Source: Sulfolobales archaeon (GTDB lineage: Archaea; Thermoproteota; Thermoprotei_A; Sulfolobales; NBVN01). Taken from it: 64,000 nt of DNA. Each line of letters opens with the position of its first letter. Positions within the stretch are counted from its first letter, which is position 1. Made by a program: the position numbers and the translations under genes. Below the pieces are notes generated by a model. That model was not told where the DNA came from, ran no database searches, and was given only the letters and a program-made list of their open reading frames with translations. Where the stretch lies: assembly GCA_038841535.1 (NCBI GenBank), contig JAWBTQ010000001.1, positions 96,001-160,000 on the forward strand. Direction: 5' to 3'. Positions 63,249 through 64,000 of the stretch are shown here, in pieces.

Positions 63249-63962
63249 AATATCCCATAAACACAGAGGAACGTCTGGGTTACTGAGGAATACTTCTCCA
63301 CTACTGTTCATGTAGATAGAAATGCTTTTTACTATAACCCCTCTCTCCATGGCCTTATCGAGGAGCCTGGACACTTCTTTATCTCCTTCTTCATTTGGTC
63401 TAAAGCACTTAACGGAGCACATAGCCGATATAAAAACTAAGTAAGCAACCATTCCGCTAGATGCTAACTCCGCTAGCACCACTAGGTGCCTTCTTCCTCT
63501 ACTCGTTTCGCAATCGGGATACATGGCCTCACCCCTCGGCCCTCTCATGACTGCGCTCTTGGTTTCAACAAAGACAACTTTATTACCGCACCTGAGTAAG
63601 TAGTCTAGCTTACTCTTGCCTACTGACGGAGACCGCTTTACAATCGAGCAGTCCCTGAAGTACGGTAGCAAACCTAGCTTGATAGACTCTTCAAACGCTC
63701 TCGCTTGAGTGCGCACGTCTACCACGTTAAAGCAGTCTTCTGCGACGTCTTCGACTCCAATTAGTCTATACCTCATCCTACTCTCGATGTGAGAGAGTAA
63801 GACCCTCTTACCAGGTGTTAAAACGTCTATCAGCCTACCAGTATTCGTGTTGTGAGCTAAAACTACGTCGCTACCTATTTTCACTCTAACGACAAATCTC
63901 CCGGTTCTCTCAAGTAGAACCCCTATGTATGTAGGATCTATTTTAAAGAGCTTCTGCTCCAT
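63237..63962 (-). CDS. sfsA: SfsA family DNA/RNA nuclease
   Basis: RF, AH..NTGRL, LDY, VETKS, YPD..T.RGRRHL, FRPN. Confidence 0.9.
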   Translation of the reverse strand: MEQKLFKIDPTYIGVLLERTGRFVVRVKIGSDVVLAHNTNTGRLIDVLTPGKRVLLSHIESRMRYRLIGVEDVAEDCFNVVDVRTQARAFEESIKLGLLPYFRDCSIVKRSPSVGKSKLDYLLRCGNKVVFVETKSAVMRGPRGEAMYPDCETSRGRRHLVVLAELASSGMVAYLVFISAMCSVKCFRPNEEGDKEVSRLLDKAMERGVIVKSISIYMNSSGEVFLSNPDVPLCLWDILQL

Positions 63963-64000
63963 CTCTAGCCACTCAGAAATAGCTCCTGAGGTTAGCCGTA

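Overview
Gene-dense chromosomal window from a hyperthermophilic crenarchaeon (Thermoprotei, Desulfurococcales/Sulfolobales-like). This is inferred from the single-OB SSB, long S6e, class II LysRS, EgsA, SmAP1-L37e, Rpo4-L21e and a BHB-type tRNA intron. Most of it is housekeeping and metabolism: leuS, lysS, aCPSF1-psmB, thiDN, thiC, a 2-oxoacid:ferredoxin oxidoreductase, an NMT1-type ABC transporter linked to an AOR, two subtilases, NucS, Nre, SfsA and three tRNAs (Ala-GGC, intron-containing Leu-CAG, Val-GAC). No CRISPR array or rRNA was seen. Two signals stand out. (1) Several intergenic gaps hold short non-coding elements that look like the 3' tail (omegaRNA scaffold) of IS607/TnpB transposons but lack a tnpB gene. 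Three are homologous (22.9 kb +, 32.5 kb -, 39.9 kb -) and keep their hairpin stems while the loops vary; a second type sits at 57.5 kb, and a dead IS607 tnpA lies at 8.9-9.5 kb. They could be dispersed orphan guide-RNA loci. (2) A tightly coupled five-gene operon of uncharacterised membrane proteins (19.2-22.6 kb, DUF6754-like) looks like an undescribed membrane complex. All family assignments come from motif recognition by eye; no searches were run.
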